A stretch of DNA of 64,000 nt from Vicinamibacteria bacterium (GTDB lineage: Bacteria; Acidobacteriota; Vicinamibacteria; Fen-336). Below, one piece after another: positions 9,601 through 17,241 of this stretch. The position numbers and the translations under genes were made by a program. The notes under the pieces were generated by a model, which was not told the DNA's origin, did no database searches, and saw only the letters and a program-made list of their open reading frames with translations. Every line of letters starts with the position of its first letter. Within the stretch, counting starts at the first letter, position 1. The stretch is from the NCBI GenBank assembly GCA_035570235.1, contig DATMML010000030.1:74681-138680 (forward strand), read 5' to 3'.

Positions 9601-11459
9601 CTCTGCCCGCCGCCCTCCTGGGGGGGGCCTGGACCTGCGCCGGGGCCTCCGGTGGGACCTGTACTGCGAGCGGGGCCGGCAACATCAGCGACCTCGTGAA
9701 CCTGCCCAATGGGGCGAGCGTCACCTACACCGTGAGCGGGACGGTGAACCCGGCGGCCATGGGGACCCTCGTCAACACGGCCACGGTCACGCCCCCGCCC
9801 GGGGTGCTCGACCCCAACCCCGGCAACAACTCGGCCACCGACGTGGACACACTCACGCCCCAGGCCGACCTCTCCGTTAACAAGACCGACGGTTTGACCA
9901 CGGCCGTGCCCGGCACGAGCATCATTTACACGATCGTGGCGGCTAACGCCGGCCCCAGCACCGCGAACGGGGCCGCGGTCAGCGACACCCTCCCGGCCGC
10001 CCTCACGCTGGCGACCTGGACCTGCGCGGGGGCTTCGGGGGGGACGTGCACTGCGGGCGGGGCGGGAAACATCAATGACCTCGTGAACTTGCCCCCGGGG
10101 AGTCACGTGACCTACACCCTGACCGGCACCATCGACCCGGCGGCCACGGGGAGCCTGAGCAACACGGTCACGGTGGCGGCCCCGGCGGGAGTGACCGACC
10201 CCAACCCCGGAAACAACGCGGCCACCGACACCGACACCCTCACCCCCCAGGCGGATCTCTCCATCACCAAGACCGATGGCCGGACTACGGCCGTGCCAGG
10301 CACGCGTCTCACCTACACCATCGTGGCCACCAACGCCGGCCCCAGCACGGCCAACGGGGCCACCGTCACGGACACCCTCCCGGTAGCCCTCTCCGGGGGG
10401 ACCTGGACCTGTGTCGGGGCCTCGGGCGGGATTTGCACGGGGAGCGGGACCGGGAACATCAACGACGTTGTGAACTTGGCAAATGGGGCGAGCGTGACCT
10501 ACACGCTCAGTGCGACCATCGACCGAGCGGCTCGGGGAACCCTGACCAACATGGCCACGGTGGGGCCCCCCGGCGGGGTGACCGACCCCAACCCCTTGAA
10601 CAACACGGCCACTGACACCGACGCCCTGCTCAAGAACGAGCGGCCGGTTGACTTCGACGGGGACGGTAAGTCGGATCTGACCGTCTTCCACGGTGCCGAC
10701 GGCCTCTGGTACATCAAGAGCTCCTCGACCGGCACCGTAACCACCGTGGGCTACGGCGGCTCCGGATACGTCCCCGTACCCGCCGACTACGACGGGGACG
10801 GGAAGACCGACCTCGCTGTGTACCATCCCCCCTCTGGGCTCTGGTTCATCCGCTCCTCCTCGACCGGCACTGACACCTCCACCGGGTTCGGGGGAACGGG
10901 CTACGCGCCGGTGCGGGGCGACTTCGACGGCGACGCCAAGACGGACCTGGCTGTGTTCCACGATGCCACCGGCCTGTGGTTCATAAAGTACTCCTCCACG
11001 GGAGCCGTAATCTCGCTAGGTTATGGGGGCTCCGGCTACATCCCGGTGCCCGGCGACTATGACGGGGACGGGAAGACCGATATCGCCGTCTACCATCCTC
11101 CGACCGGGCTGTGGTTCATTCGCTCCTCCTCGACCGGCACTGACTCGACCACTGGGTTCGGAGGAACGGGCTACACGCCGGTGCGGGGTGACTTCGACGG
11201 CGACGGCAAGAACGACCTGGCCGTGTTCCATGCCGCGAGCGGCCTGTGGTTCATCAAGTACTCCTCCACGGGGACGGTGGCCACGATCGGTTACGGTGCG
11301 ACTGGCTACATCCCCGTGCCAGGGGACTACGACGGGGACGGCAAGACGGACATCGCGGTCTACCACCCCCCCTCCGGTCTGTGGTTCATCCGGCTCTCCT
11401 CAACGGGCACCGACATTTCCACCGGCTTCGGGGGCCCCGCGTTCACCCCGATCAACTAG
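6699..11459 (+). CDS. Giant secreted mosaic surface protein: signal peptide, BNR/sortilin-like beta-propeller, 3 DUF11-type repeat domains, 6 FG-GAP/VCBS-like repeats
   Basis: Signal peptide MGRRANPTTPRRNPASPLLAVGLVCSLALAGPFEVRAA. Multiple Asp-box/BNR motifs (SLDGGTNW, SIDGGLTWS, KSTDGGATF, KSTDGGASW, YSADGGGSW). Three ~129-aa repeats beginning ADLS[IV]xKTDG…NPGNN(S/A/T)ATD. C-terminal repeats DxDGDGKTDLAVxH…GLWFI. A GTG at 6687 is an alternative start. Confidence 0.85.
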   Translation: MGRRANPTTPRRNPASPLLAVGLVCSLALAGPFEVRAATPSPAPSGPTSPGLGSDEDPDIPPFLRDIDKETYLRLRDAFIGMLRGFDDAKLLPYNPRQRALEFLERQPKFSVTARPTTLPLASTTTWTAIGPAPIPNGQTEGVSNPVTGRMTALEIDPTNTNRIYLGTAFGGVWRSLDGGTNWTPIFDSAQSLAIGALALAPSDPTILYVGTGEANGSLDSFAGVGLYRIDAAPTTATLVGPINPVRNYTAGDGTTPISNPVFNGRSVSRILVHPTDPATLFVGTAGGVIGEGGDVALGGSIPPLGMRGLYRLGNATGVPASVTVVKLAVTTAGSGFDTPNTGNRNVSDLIFPDPADPNQLGVWIQGTANPSDGGIYRSSNALAATPTFSLVQGTTAPGSGTVRGVFAGYKQASTPNLVIYSAAGESVTGTGCNVAGNAGALRVSIDGGLTWSAKLAGGGGFCGSQCFYNFGLDVRPGPSAAVTDDLLWLGGNITGGTTPPCARLHAKSTDGGATFTDSATGLHADTHFIKVDPGNPSVVYHGNDGGIFKSTDGGASWVSLNSSPLSATQFQSVSTHSADPKYSIGGTQDNGTNMYTTAAAWNRIDFGDGGYARIDQSSASTSTVTMYHTYFNATNQLLGYARVNTTSCATDGGWSFKGQYSGGVDATVHCDGSTDTFNGISLGDNVNFYAPVELGPGNPNTVYFGSDRLYRSTNRGDTATLVSQGPITANVPIDTIAISRKNDSFRIVGLGLNVTTGVVNGHVWATTTGSSTLTDVTTNLPTPLKQVLRAVFDPNDASGNTAYVSLGGYWGNATGHVYKTTNLTAGAATTWSSASGGGLTSIPDVPVNGLAIDPFNSNHIFAGTDIGVYYSADGGGSWNPLGSALPRVPVFELTFNSDTNPATRVLRVATHGRGLWEIIPPPAATADLSITKTDGQTTAVPGNPLTYTIVAANAGPDPVTGVTVTDTLPAALLGGAWTCAGASGGTCTASGAGNISDLVNLPNGASVTYTVSGTVNPAAMGTLVNTATVTPPPGVLDPNPGNNSATDVDTLTPQADLSVNKTDGLTTAVPGTSIIYTIVAANAGPSTANGAAVSDTLPAALTLATWTCAGASGGTCTAGGAGNINDLVNLPPGSHVTYTLTGTIDPAATGSLSNTVTVAAPAGVTDPNPGNNAATDTDTLTPQADLSITKTDGRTTAVPGTRLTYTIVATNAGPSTANGATVTDTLPVALSGGTWTCVGASGGICTGSGTGNINDVVNLANGASVTYTLSATIDRAARGTLTNMATVGPPGGVTDPNPLNNTATDTDALLKNERPVDFDGDGKSDLTVFHGADGLWYIKSSSTGTVTTVGYGGSGYVPVPADYDGDGKTDLAVYHPPSGLWFIRSSSTGTDTSTGFGGTGYAPVRGDFDGDAKTDLAVFHDATGLWFIKYSSTGAVISLGYGGSGYIPVPGDYDGDGKTDIAVYHPPTGLWFIRSSSTGTDSTTGFGGTGYTPVRGDFDGDGKNDLAVFHAASGLWFIKYSSTGTVATIGYGATGYIPVPGDYDGDGKTDIAVYHPPSGLWFIRLSSTGTDISTGFGGPAFTPIN
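9478..10638 (+). repeat. Intragenic tandem repeat, 3 x 387 bp (DUF11-type conserved repeat domains), ~80% nt identity
   Basis: Units start at 9478, 9864 and 10251 (gccgatctctccatcaccaaaaccgac / gccgacctctccgttaacaagaccgac / gcggatctctccatcaccaagaccgat). Confidence 0.85.
10650..11456 (+). repeat. Intragenic tandem repeat, 6 x 135 bp (3 x 270 bp with alternating A/B units) encoding FG-GAP/VCBS-like repeats
   Basis: A units read DFDGDGKxDLxVFHxAxGLWxIKxSSTGxVxxxGYGGSGYxPVPx. B units read DYDGDGKTDxAVYHPPxGLWFIRSSSTGTDxSTGFGGTGYxPVRG. Confidence 0.85.
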
Positions 11460-11530
11460 CCCACCCTCGGGTCGACGCCGCCCTCCTCGACTCCCGACGC
11501 CGCACCGGCAGCGGTTAGAGGCGGGTACTC

Positions 11531-11593
11531 CTTCGTCGCAGTCGAGGCAGCGAGCTGCGCGGAGAGCCTGGCGGAAAGCGGGTGGGAATCGAA
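11531..11593 (+). repeat. Imperfect ~65-bp direct copy of the tRNA-Sec 3' end (24 nt) plus its downstream flank (~40 nt); att-like
   Basis: cttcgtcgcagtcgaggcagcgagctgcgcggagagcctggcggaaagcgggtgggaatcgaa at 11531-11593 matches cttcgccgtcgcactcgttgagtcagcaggttgcgcggagagcttggcggaagcgggtgggaatcgaa at 16421-16488. Similarity stops exactly inside the tRNA T-arm. Confidence 0.75.
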
Positions 11594-11949
11594 GGCACCT
11601 GAACTCGTCACACCCGACGACACTAAGTCACGCGAGACACAAGAGTCAGGGCGTTAACCCTCGTGCGCCTGCACCACGTGACACCGCTTCGCACTACGAA
11701 CCCCTACAGAACCCGTACACCAAGTGGGTGCGTACCGCCCCGGCGCTCAGGTCCTCCCCCCCCGCCTGAAGCGGTCCGGCGCCGGACCCTGGGTCGCGCA
11801 CCGTGGTCATCGCATTCGCTCTCGCAGCGAACTCATCAAGCCGGAGCCGTTCTCCATCTGCAGGCCATGCACCAGCAAACACCGCGCGTCGCAAGCCCAC
11901 AACGACCGCGCCGACCGCCAAGTGTGTACACTCTGTCTCGGAGGTGAAG

Positions 11950-13974
11950 ATGCGGATCTTCCCTATCCTGGCGGTACCGACGTTGTGCGTGTCCGTCGTC
12001 TCGTTCGCGTGGGGCGACAAGAAGCTCAACGACGTGATCGCCAAGGCCGAAGCCCAGTTCGCCAGGGGCAAGGAGGACGAAGCCATCAAGATCCTGCAGA
12101 AGGCAGCCACGCAGGCACCTCGCGACCCGGAACCGAAGCTTGCGCTCGCGCGTCTGTTCCTGAGGCTGGGCAAGCTGGATGAGGCCAGCAGGGCGCTCGG
12201 CGATGCCCTGGCCTCGGACGCGCCGCCGAACGTGCGGGCGCGCGTCCTTGCCGCCCGGTCCGCTCTCGCGTTGCGGGGCGGGACCGCAGCGGACTCCCTC
12301 ACCCTCGGCCGAGAGGCAGTCGAAGCCGAGGCCATGATGGACAGCCTGGCCGCCCTGGCCGGCGCCCAGGCTCGCCTCGGCGATCCCGCCGCCCGCGAGA
12401 CGGCTGAGCGGGCCGCACAAGCGGCCCCGTCGTCCGCCGCCGCCCAGATCGCACGCGGCGACGCCCTGCTAGCGGCACGGATCTTCCCCGACGCCGAGGC
12501 CGCATTCCAGCGCGCCTTATCGTTCGACGCACGCTCGGGCGCCGGAGCAAGGCTCGCAGTTGCCCTCGCCGCTCAGGGAAAGGCCACCCCGGCCCTCGAG
12601 GCGGCTCGCGCGGCCGTCCAGGCGGACGCGCATTCCGGGGAAGCCCTAGCCGCGCTGGCCCTGGCCCAGCTGGCCAAGGATCCGCTCGACACGGCGAGCG
12701 AAGCCATGGCCGCGGTCCAACAGGCCGCCTTCCTCGAGCCGAAGAACCCAGTGGTCGAGTTCACCGTGGGACGCGTCTTCGAGAGCCGCGGGCAGCTCGC
12801 GGATGCCGCGGGCGCTTACGCCAAGGCCGCGGGCCTCGACCCAACCTGGGCCGCGCCGCCGGTCGCGGCCCTGGCGCTTCTCCTTCGGCAGGGCGACGCG
12901 ACTGCCGCCTTTGCCGGCCTGCGCGTGCTGTCCGACGACCTCAAGTCCTCGGGAGAGGCGCAATGGCTGCTCGGCCGGCTCCTCCTGCGTAAGGAAGACT
13001 GGCGAGGCGCAAAAGCAGCGCTCGACGTGGTCACCGCCGCCATGCCGGGCGTGGCCGAGGCGCAAGCGGCGCTCGGCACGGCCGCCTACCACGTCGGCGA
13101 GCTCAAACTCGCCGCTAACGCCTACGGCCGGGCGGTCGCGCTCGAGCCCGAGAACCTCACCTATCTGTCGAACTACGGGCTGTTCCTCGGTTACGACGAT
13201 CGACTTGACGACGGCCTGGCCGTTCTGCTGAAGGTCACCGGACGGCCGGACGGTCAGGACGCGGGGGCGTTCATCAACCTCGGCTGGATCTACCGCCACT
13301 TCCGGCCACCCCGCGTCACCGAGGCCGTGGCCGCCTACGAAAAGGCGCTGAAGCTCGAGCCGAAGAACGCCAAGGCGGCCCTGGGCGTGGCCCTCAGCTA
13401 TCGCGCGGGTGGACAGTGGGCGCGCGCGATCACCGCCTACGAGCGCGTGTCGCAGGTCAACCCCCGGCTCGACGGCGAGGCCCTGCTGGGCACTTCGTGG
13501 TGCTACTTCCGCGCTCGCGACGACTACAAGGCCCGCTTCTTCGCGGGCCTGGCGGCGAAGGCGGGCGTGGACGTTGGCCCGCTCCGCAACGCGCTCCTGG
13601 GCCCGGCGAATGCGGGGGCGGCGACGCTGAAGACGGCGGACGAACTCAACGAGCTCGTCCTCCAGCTCGACGAGAAGAACGCCGGCGAGCAGGCGCTCGC
13701 CGCGCAGCGACTGCTCGGTTTCGGCCGGCCTGCAGTACCCTACCTTGCCTCCGCGCTGGGTCACAAGGACACCGCCATCGCGGTGCGCGAGACGATCGTC
13801 GCCGGCCTCGGCAAGATGGGGTCCGCCGCGCGCGCCGCGCTGCCGGAGCTCGACCGGTCGATCAAGGCCGGCCCGCACGGGAGCGGCTCCGAGGCCTCGC
13901 CCGCGGAGAGAGCACGCGAGGCGAACCTGATTAGCGCCATGCAGGCGGTCTCGGTGAAGATCCGGGAGAATTGA
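11950..13974 (+). CDS. Secreted TPR-repeat protein with C-terminal HEAT/PBS-lyase-like repeats
   Basis: RBS ggaggtgaag precedes ATG 11950. Signal peptide MRIFPILAVPTLCVSVVSFAWG. Many Ala/Leu-rich TPR-like helical pairs. C-terminal PAVPYLASALGHKDTAIAVRETIVAGLGKMG… The track ORF start at 11803 was rejected. Confidence 0.7.
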   Translation: MRIFPILAVPTLCVSVVSFAWGDKKLNDVIAKAEAQFARGKEDEAIKILQKAATQAPRDPEPKLALARLFLRLGKLDEASRALGDALASDAPPNVRARVLAARSALALRGGTAADSLTLGREAVEAEAMMDSLAALAGAQARLGDPAARETAERAAQAAPSSAAAQIARGDALLAARIFPDAEAAFQRALSFDARSGAGARLAVALAAQGKATPALEAARAAVQADAHSGEALAALALAQLAKDPLDTASEAMAAVQQAAFLEPKNPVVEFTVGRVFESRGQLADAAGAYAKAAGLDPTWAAPPVAALALLLRQGDATAAFAGLRVLSDDLKSSGEAQWLLGRLLLRKEDWRGAKAALDVVTAAMPGVAEAQAALGTAAYHVGELKLAANAYGRAVALEPENLTYLSNYGLFLGYDDRLDDGLAVLLKVTGRPDGQDAGAFINLGWIYRHFRPPRVTEAVAAYEKALKLEPKNAKAALGVALSYRAGGQWARAITAYERVSQVNPRLDGEALLGTSWCYFRARDDYKARFFAGLAAKAGVDVGPLRNALLGPANAGAATLKTADELNELVLQLDEKNAGEQALAAQRLLGFGRPAVPYLASALGHKDTAIAVRETIVAGLGKMGSAARAALPELDRSIKAGPHGSGSEASPAERAREANLISAMQAVSVKIREN

Positions 13975-14170
13975 CGTGAAGATGAGAGCGCCGAACCGGC
14001 GCAACTACCCGGCTTGGGCGCTGGTGGTCCGTAGCTAAATAGAAGAGCCAGGGTCACCTCGAACGGCATGAACCGCCCGAGGTTTCCTACCATCACCCAG
14101 CACCCGTGAAGGAGTTCTGGATCGCGAGTAGGCCTTCCCCGCGTTTAAAGCACCATTGTCGAGCAGCGCT

Positions 14171-14218
14171 TATAATATACGGGCTGCCGGGCTGCCCTGG
14201 GCGGTCTCCCGCCCAGGG
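14171..14218 (+). promoter_or_regulatory. Consensus -10 hexamer (TATAAT, 14171-14176) followed by a perfect 10-bp-stem hairpin (14195-14218) upstream of the cytochrome c gene
   Basis: gcgcttataatatacggg, then ccctgggcgg-tctc-ccgcccaggg (stem 10 bp, loop 4 nt). No convincing -35 and no T-tract after the hairpin. Confidence 0.35.
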
Positions 14219-14361
14219 CTCCCACGGATCCTGGCGCGCGAGAGCCGCATCCGGCGGGTGGCCGACGGTCCTCTACGAGGTCCAGGTCACCTCGACGCGG
14301 ATGCTCCTGGGCACCGAGGATCTCGAAGGCAGGTGCTCGGCAGCGCCGTAAAGGAGGCCCA

Positions 14362-14892
14362 GTGAGGGCGGCGTTTCTGCTCGGTGTTCTCGTGACGCTC
14401 GCGGCCACGGCCGCCGCCGTCTTCGTTTACTTCGCGGGAGGCTTTGCCCCCGTTGCGACCGGGGCGGCGCCGATGCCCTTTGAGGAGACGCTGGCGACGA
14501 GGGCGCTTCACGCGCGGATCAAGAGAGAGATGCCGAAGGCGGTGCCCATCGACGCGAGCGAAGCCAATCACCTCGCGGGCGCTCATCTGTATCTTGAGCA
14601 CTGTGCCGTGTGCCATGGCCTTCCGAGCAAGACAGTGACTGCGATCGCGCGCGGTGAGTTCCCGAAGCCCCCCCAGTTCTTCCACGGCAATGGCGTGACG
14701 GACGATCCGCCGGGCGAGACCTATTGGAAGATTGCGAACGGCATCCGCCTGACCGGAATGCCGGGCTTTGACAACAGCCTCACCCAGACGCAGATATGGC
14801 AGATGTCGCTTCTGCTCGCGAACGCGGACAAGCTCCCTGCTTCCGTTACCGCGCTCCTGGCGGGGCAGCCCCAGGCGCGACCCGGAAATTAG
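14362..14892 (+). CDS. Membrane-anchored monoheme c-type cytochrome
   Basis: GTG start preceded by aaggagg. N-terminal TM (LLGVLVTLAATAAAVFVYF). Single CxxCH motif (EHCAVCHG). Confidence 0.75.
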   Translation: MRAAFLLGVLVTLAATAAAVFVYFAGGFAPVATGAAPMPFEETLATRALHARIKREMPKAVPIDASEANHLAGAHLYLEHCAVCHGLPSKTVTAIARGEFPKPPQFFHGNGVTDDPPGETYWKIANGIRLTGMPGFDNSLTQTQIWQMSLLLANADKLPASVTALLAGQPQARPGN

Positions 14893-15065
14893 CGCTACTC
14901 GGACGATCGCGGCCAGGGGCCCATTGTGGTACGGCGCTTCCTTTGCAACAGTGCTCGGAGCAGCGGGGTCTCACGGTGGCGAATCGCGAGAAGCGGCAAG
15001 GGGCTCCTTTCTTTCGGGCAAAGTAGAAGAAGCCCTCCGATCGAGTACTTCGAGGGAGGAGCCCT

Positions 15066-16334
15066 ATGATCAAGTGTGCGCTAGTCATTGCCGTGTTGCT
15101 GGCTCTTTGTTCGTGCGCTCTGAATCCGTTTGTCCTCAAAGACTACCCGCCTCAGCTCGGTTGTGAGCAAACGACGGTTCCCCCGAACCCGGATTGCAAG
15201 CAAGCAACGGTTGAGATTCAGTTTTTGGGTGTGGATGGGTTTCTCGTTCGGCGAGGTGAGGACAGCTTTATAACCGGGCCAATGTACTCCAATCCGTACC
15301 TCCTCGAAGTTGGTTCACAGAAGATCCACACCGATACCCTTTTAATCGACGCACTTCTCCCGGACGTAACCAAGGTGAGCGCGATCTTTGTGGGTCACTC
15401 GCACTATGACCATCTCATGGACGTGCCCTATATAGCGGACCGCTACGCTTCAAACGCGACGATCTACGGAAGCGCGACAACGAAGCACATCCTCATGGGG
15501 GATCGCGGTGTTTCGAGCTCCGGAGCGAAAAGCCTTTACGACACACCGGACCGAGTGCAGGTAGTCGACCCTGTCGCATACCGTTGGACGCCGGCCCCTC
15601 AAGGCTCGGTCCAATGGACCGCAGTGAAGAATGCCTCTGGGCAAAGGACAAACATGCGGTTCCTCGCGATCGAATCCGAGCACTCGCCGGTGTTCAATCC
15701 GCGCGTTCTGTCACAAGTCAAACTGTTTGGGTTGATTCCACTGCGGCTGCCAGCTCCAGTCAAAGGCGAGAAATACACGCCATGGCGAGGGACGCTCGAC
15801 CACGACCTAACCGAATTGCCGGAGACCGCTGCGGAGTGGGTGATGGGGCCCGTCTTTGCTTACCTGATTGATTTCTTGGGCTCCGACAGCAAGCCGGTCT
15901 TCCGCGTGTATTTTCAGGACTCCCAGGCGCGAAACCCACGCGGGTCCATTCCTCGCGGACTCATAGATGGGAAGTCGGTCGACGTGGCCATCCTGTGCGT
16001 GGGTGGTGCCCGTTACGTTCGTGGAGCACCACAGGCCATTATGGAGAATACCCGAGCCAGCTATTTTCTCCTTGGGCACTGGGACGACCTATTCGTCCCT
16101 CAGGCAGCTCCGCTGCCGGGAACGAGCTGCCCGGTACCCGCGCATTACCGAGAGTTTCCGACAGAAGACACAGGTGGTTTTCTGGGGGTGGTCAAAGGCG
16201 AACTCGCACACTTGAAAGAGAGCGGGGTGAAGAGCGGGTTCTGCGTACCCTACCCTTGTGCCCGACTATTCTTCAACGATTCTGGCCAGCGGCTGGGGGC
16301 GGGTAGAGAGTATTGCCAGAGTACTGCTGAGTAA
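15066..16334 (+). CDS. MBL-fold metallo-hydrolase lipoprotein
   Basis: RBS gggagga. Lipoprotein signal MIKCALVIAVLLALCSC. HxHxDH motif (FVGHSHYDHLMD). Confidence 0.7.
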   Translation: MIKCALVIAVLLALCSCALNPFVLKDYPPQLGCEQTTVPPNPDCKQATVEIQFLGVDGFLVRRGEDSFITGPMYSNPYLLEVGSQKIHTDTLLIDALLPDVTKVSAIFVGHSHYDHLMDVPYIADRYASNATIYGSATTKHILMGDRGVSSSGAKSLYDTPDRVQVVDPVAYRWTPAPQGSVQWTAVKNASGQRTNMRFLAIESEHSPVFNPRVLSQVKLFGLIPLRLPAPVKGEKYTPWRGTLDHDLTELPETAAEWVMGPVFAYLIDFLGSDSKPVFRVYFQDSQARNPRGSIPRGLIDGKSVDVAILCVGGARYVRGAPQAIMENTRASYFLLGHWDDLFVPQAAPLPGTSCPVPAHYREFPTEDTGGFLGVVKGELAHLKESGVKSGFCVPYPCARLFFNDSGQRLGAGREYCQSTAE

Positions 16335-16420
16335 GGCTATTTGCTGCGACGAAGCAAGCTGCCAGGTCACAAGTAGAACCCGCACCGAAAGCACACCAAG
16401 AGGGGTGAGAGCTACGAACG

Positions 16421-16488
16421 CTTCGCCGTCGCACTCGTTGAGTCAGCAGGTTGCGCGGAGAGCTTGGCGGAAGCGGGTGGGAATCGAA
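16421..16488 (+). repeat. Partner copy of the att-like repeat, overlapping the 3' end of tRNA-Sec and ~44 bp of downstream flank
   Basis: See the 11531-11593 feature; roughly 85% identity with small indels. Confidence 0.75.
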
Positions 16489-16563
16489 CCCACCGCTCCG
16501 GGGGTCAGCCCGGAGCCGAACGGCTTTGAAGGCCGCGCGAGTCACCAGACCCGAATCGCTTCC
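16465..16563 (-). tRNA. selC: tRNA-Sec (selenocysteine, anticodon UCA), 99 nt
   Basis: Minus-strand sequence GGAAGCGATTCGGGTCTGGTGACTCGCGCGGCCTTCAAAGCCGTTCGGCTCCGGGCTGACCCCCGGAGCGGTGGGTTCGATTCCCACCCGCTTCCGCCA. Anticodon loop CTTCAAA (UCA), 6-bp D-stem with 4-nt D-loop, long variable arm, G73, encoded CCA. The 5' and 3' ends resemble E. coli selC (GGAAGATCG…GATCTTCCGCCA). Coordinates are +/-1. Confidence 0.85.
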
Positions 16564-16712
16564 TCAGGGCGACCTAGTCTAGCAGGGCAAGGGCGGCTAC
16601 AATCGTCGTGGCCCAACCGATGGCGCGCCCTCCTAAGAAGCTCAGCCGAACCCTACCCCCGCATCGCCGGGCCAAGGGAGCAACCCGATCCAGCCTCATC
16701 CGTCGCTTCAGA

Positions 16713-17099
16713 ATGTCTAGCCGTCGCAATGCGATTGCCCCTGCCGTCGAGCGTATTGTGAAGGCGGTGAGGGGCGCGGGCTTGAGCCATGACCAGCGGC
16801 TCGACCTCGCGGTCGCGGTTGCCGAGGCCCTATCCAACGCTGCCGTCCACGGAAACCGGCTGCGGCCGGGGTCCCAGGTAGGGATCACGGTTCGTGTCAC
16901 ACCTCGCCGCCAGGCCGTAGTGGAGATCAAGGACTCAGGCCAAGGGTTTGACGTTCTGCATGTCTCCGACCCCACTGATCCCTCCCACATCCTGAAGCCG
17001 GCGGGGCGGGGCGTCTTCCTCATGCACCGCCTTGTCGACCAGGTAGAGTACGATCCGCCCGGCAACCGCGTCCGCCTGGTCGTGCGGACCAAACCTTAA
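16713..17099 (+). CDS. RsbW-like anti-sigma regulatory factor / HATPase_c serine kinase. The start may be further upstream (track 16608).
   Basis: Reads AVAVAEALSNAAVHGNRLRPGSQVGITVRV…VVEIKDSGQGFD, typical of the GHKL ATPase of anti-sigma kinases. Confidence 0.6.
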   Translation: MSSRRNAIAPAVERIVKAVRGAGLSHDQRLDLAVAVAEALSNAAVHGNRLRPGSQVGITVRVTPRRQAVVEIKDSGQGFDVLHVSDPTDPSHILKPAGRGVFLMHRLVDQVEYDPPGNRVRLVVRTKP

Positions 17100-17241
17100 G
17101 CCGTCCGGTACTACGTCGTACCGAGACGTACCCAGCGACCGGGACCGCGGCCGGGGCCAGACGACAGGAGCGGCAGCAACTTGAGAACCTCGCTGCCTTG
17201 CCAACCCTTGGCCCCGTTCCCTCCGCTCTGAAGAGGCCCTC

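Noticed and set aside
7353-10961. Long minus-strand ORFs (7353-8987, 544 aa; 9051-10961, 636 aa) antisense to the giant surface-protein gene
   Set aside because: They are Gly/Arg/Pro/Val-rich low-complexity translations, typical of the antisense frame of high-GC3 genes. The plus strand carries clear BNR, DUF11 and FG-GAP motifs and a signal peptide.
9478-11456. CRISPR array
   Set aside because: The only regular repeats in the window are in-frame coding repeats (387-bp and 135-bp units) inside the surface-protein gene. There are no short 25-40-bp direct repeats separated by unique spacers anywhere, and no cas genes.
11560-11593. Possible second tRNA gene at the left att-like repeat
   Set aside because: Only the last 24 nt of the tRNA (T-arm 3' half plus acceptor 3' strand) are present. 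The upstream sequence has no D- or anticodon-arm counterpart, so it is a fragment, not a gene.
12646-14004. 452-aa minus ORF antisense to the TPR gene, and assorted 60-200-aa GC-rich ORFs throughout the track
   Set aside because: They are antisense or overlapping to genes with clear signal peptides, RBSs or motifs. Their composition is dominated by Arg/Gly/Pro/Ala, as expected for out-of-frame translation of 69%-GC DNA.
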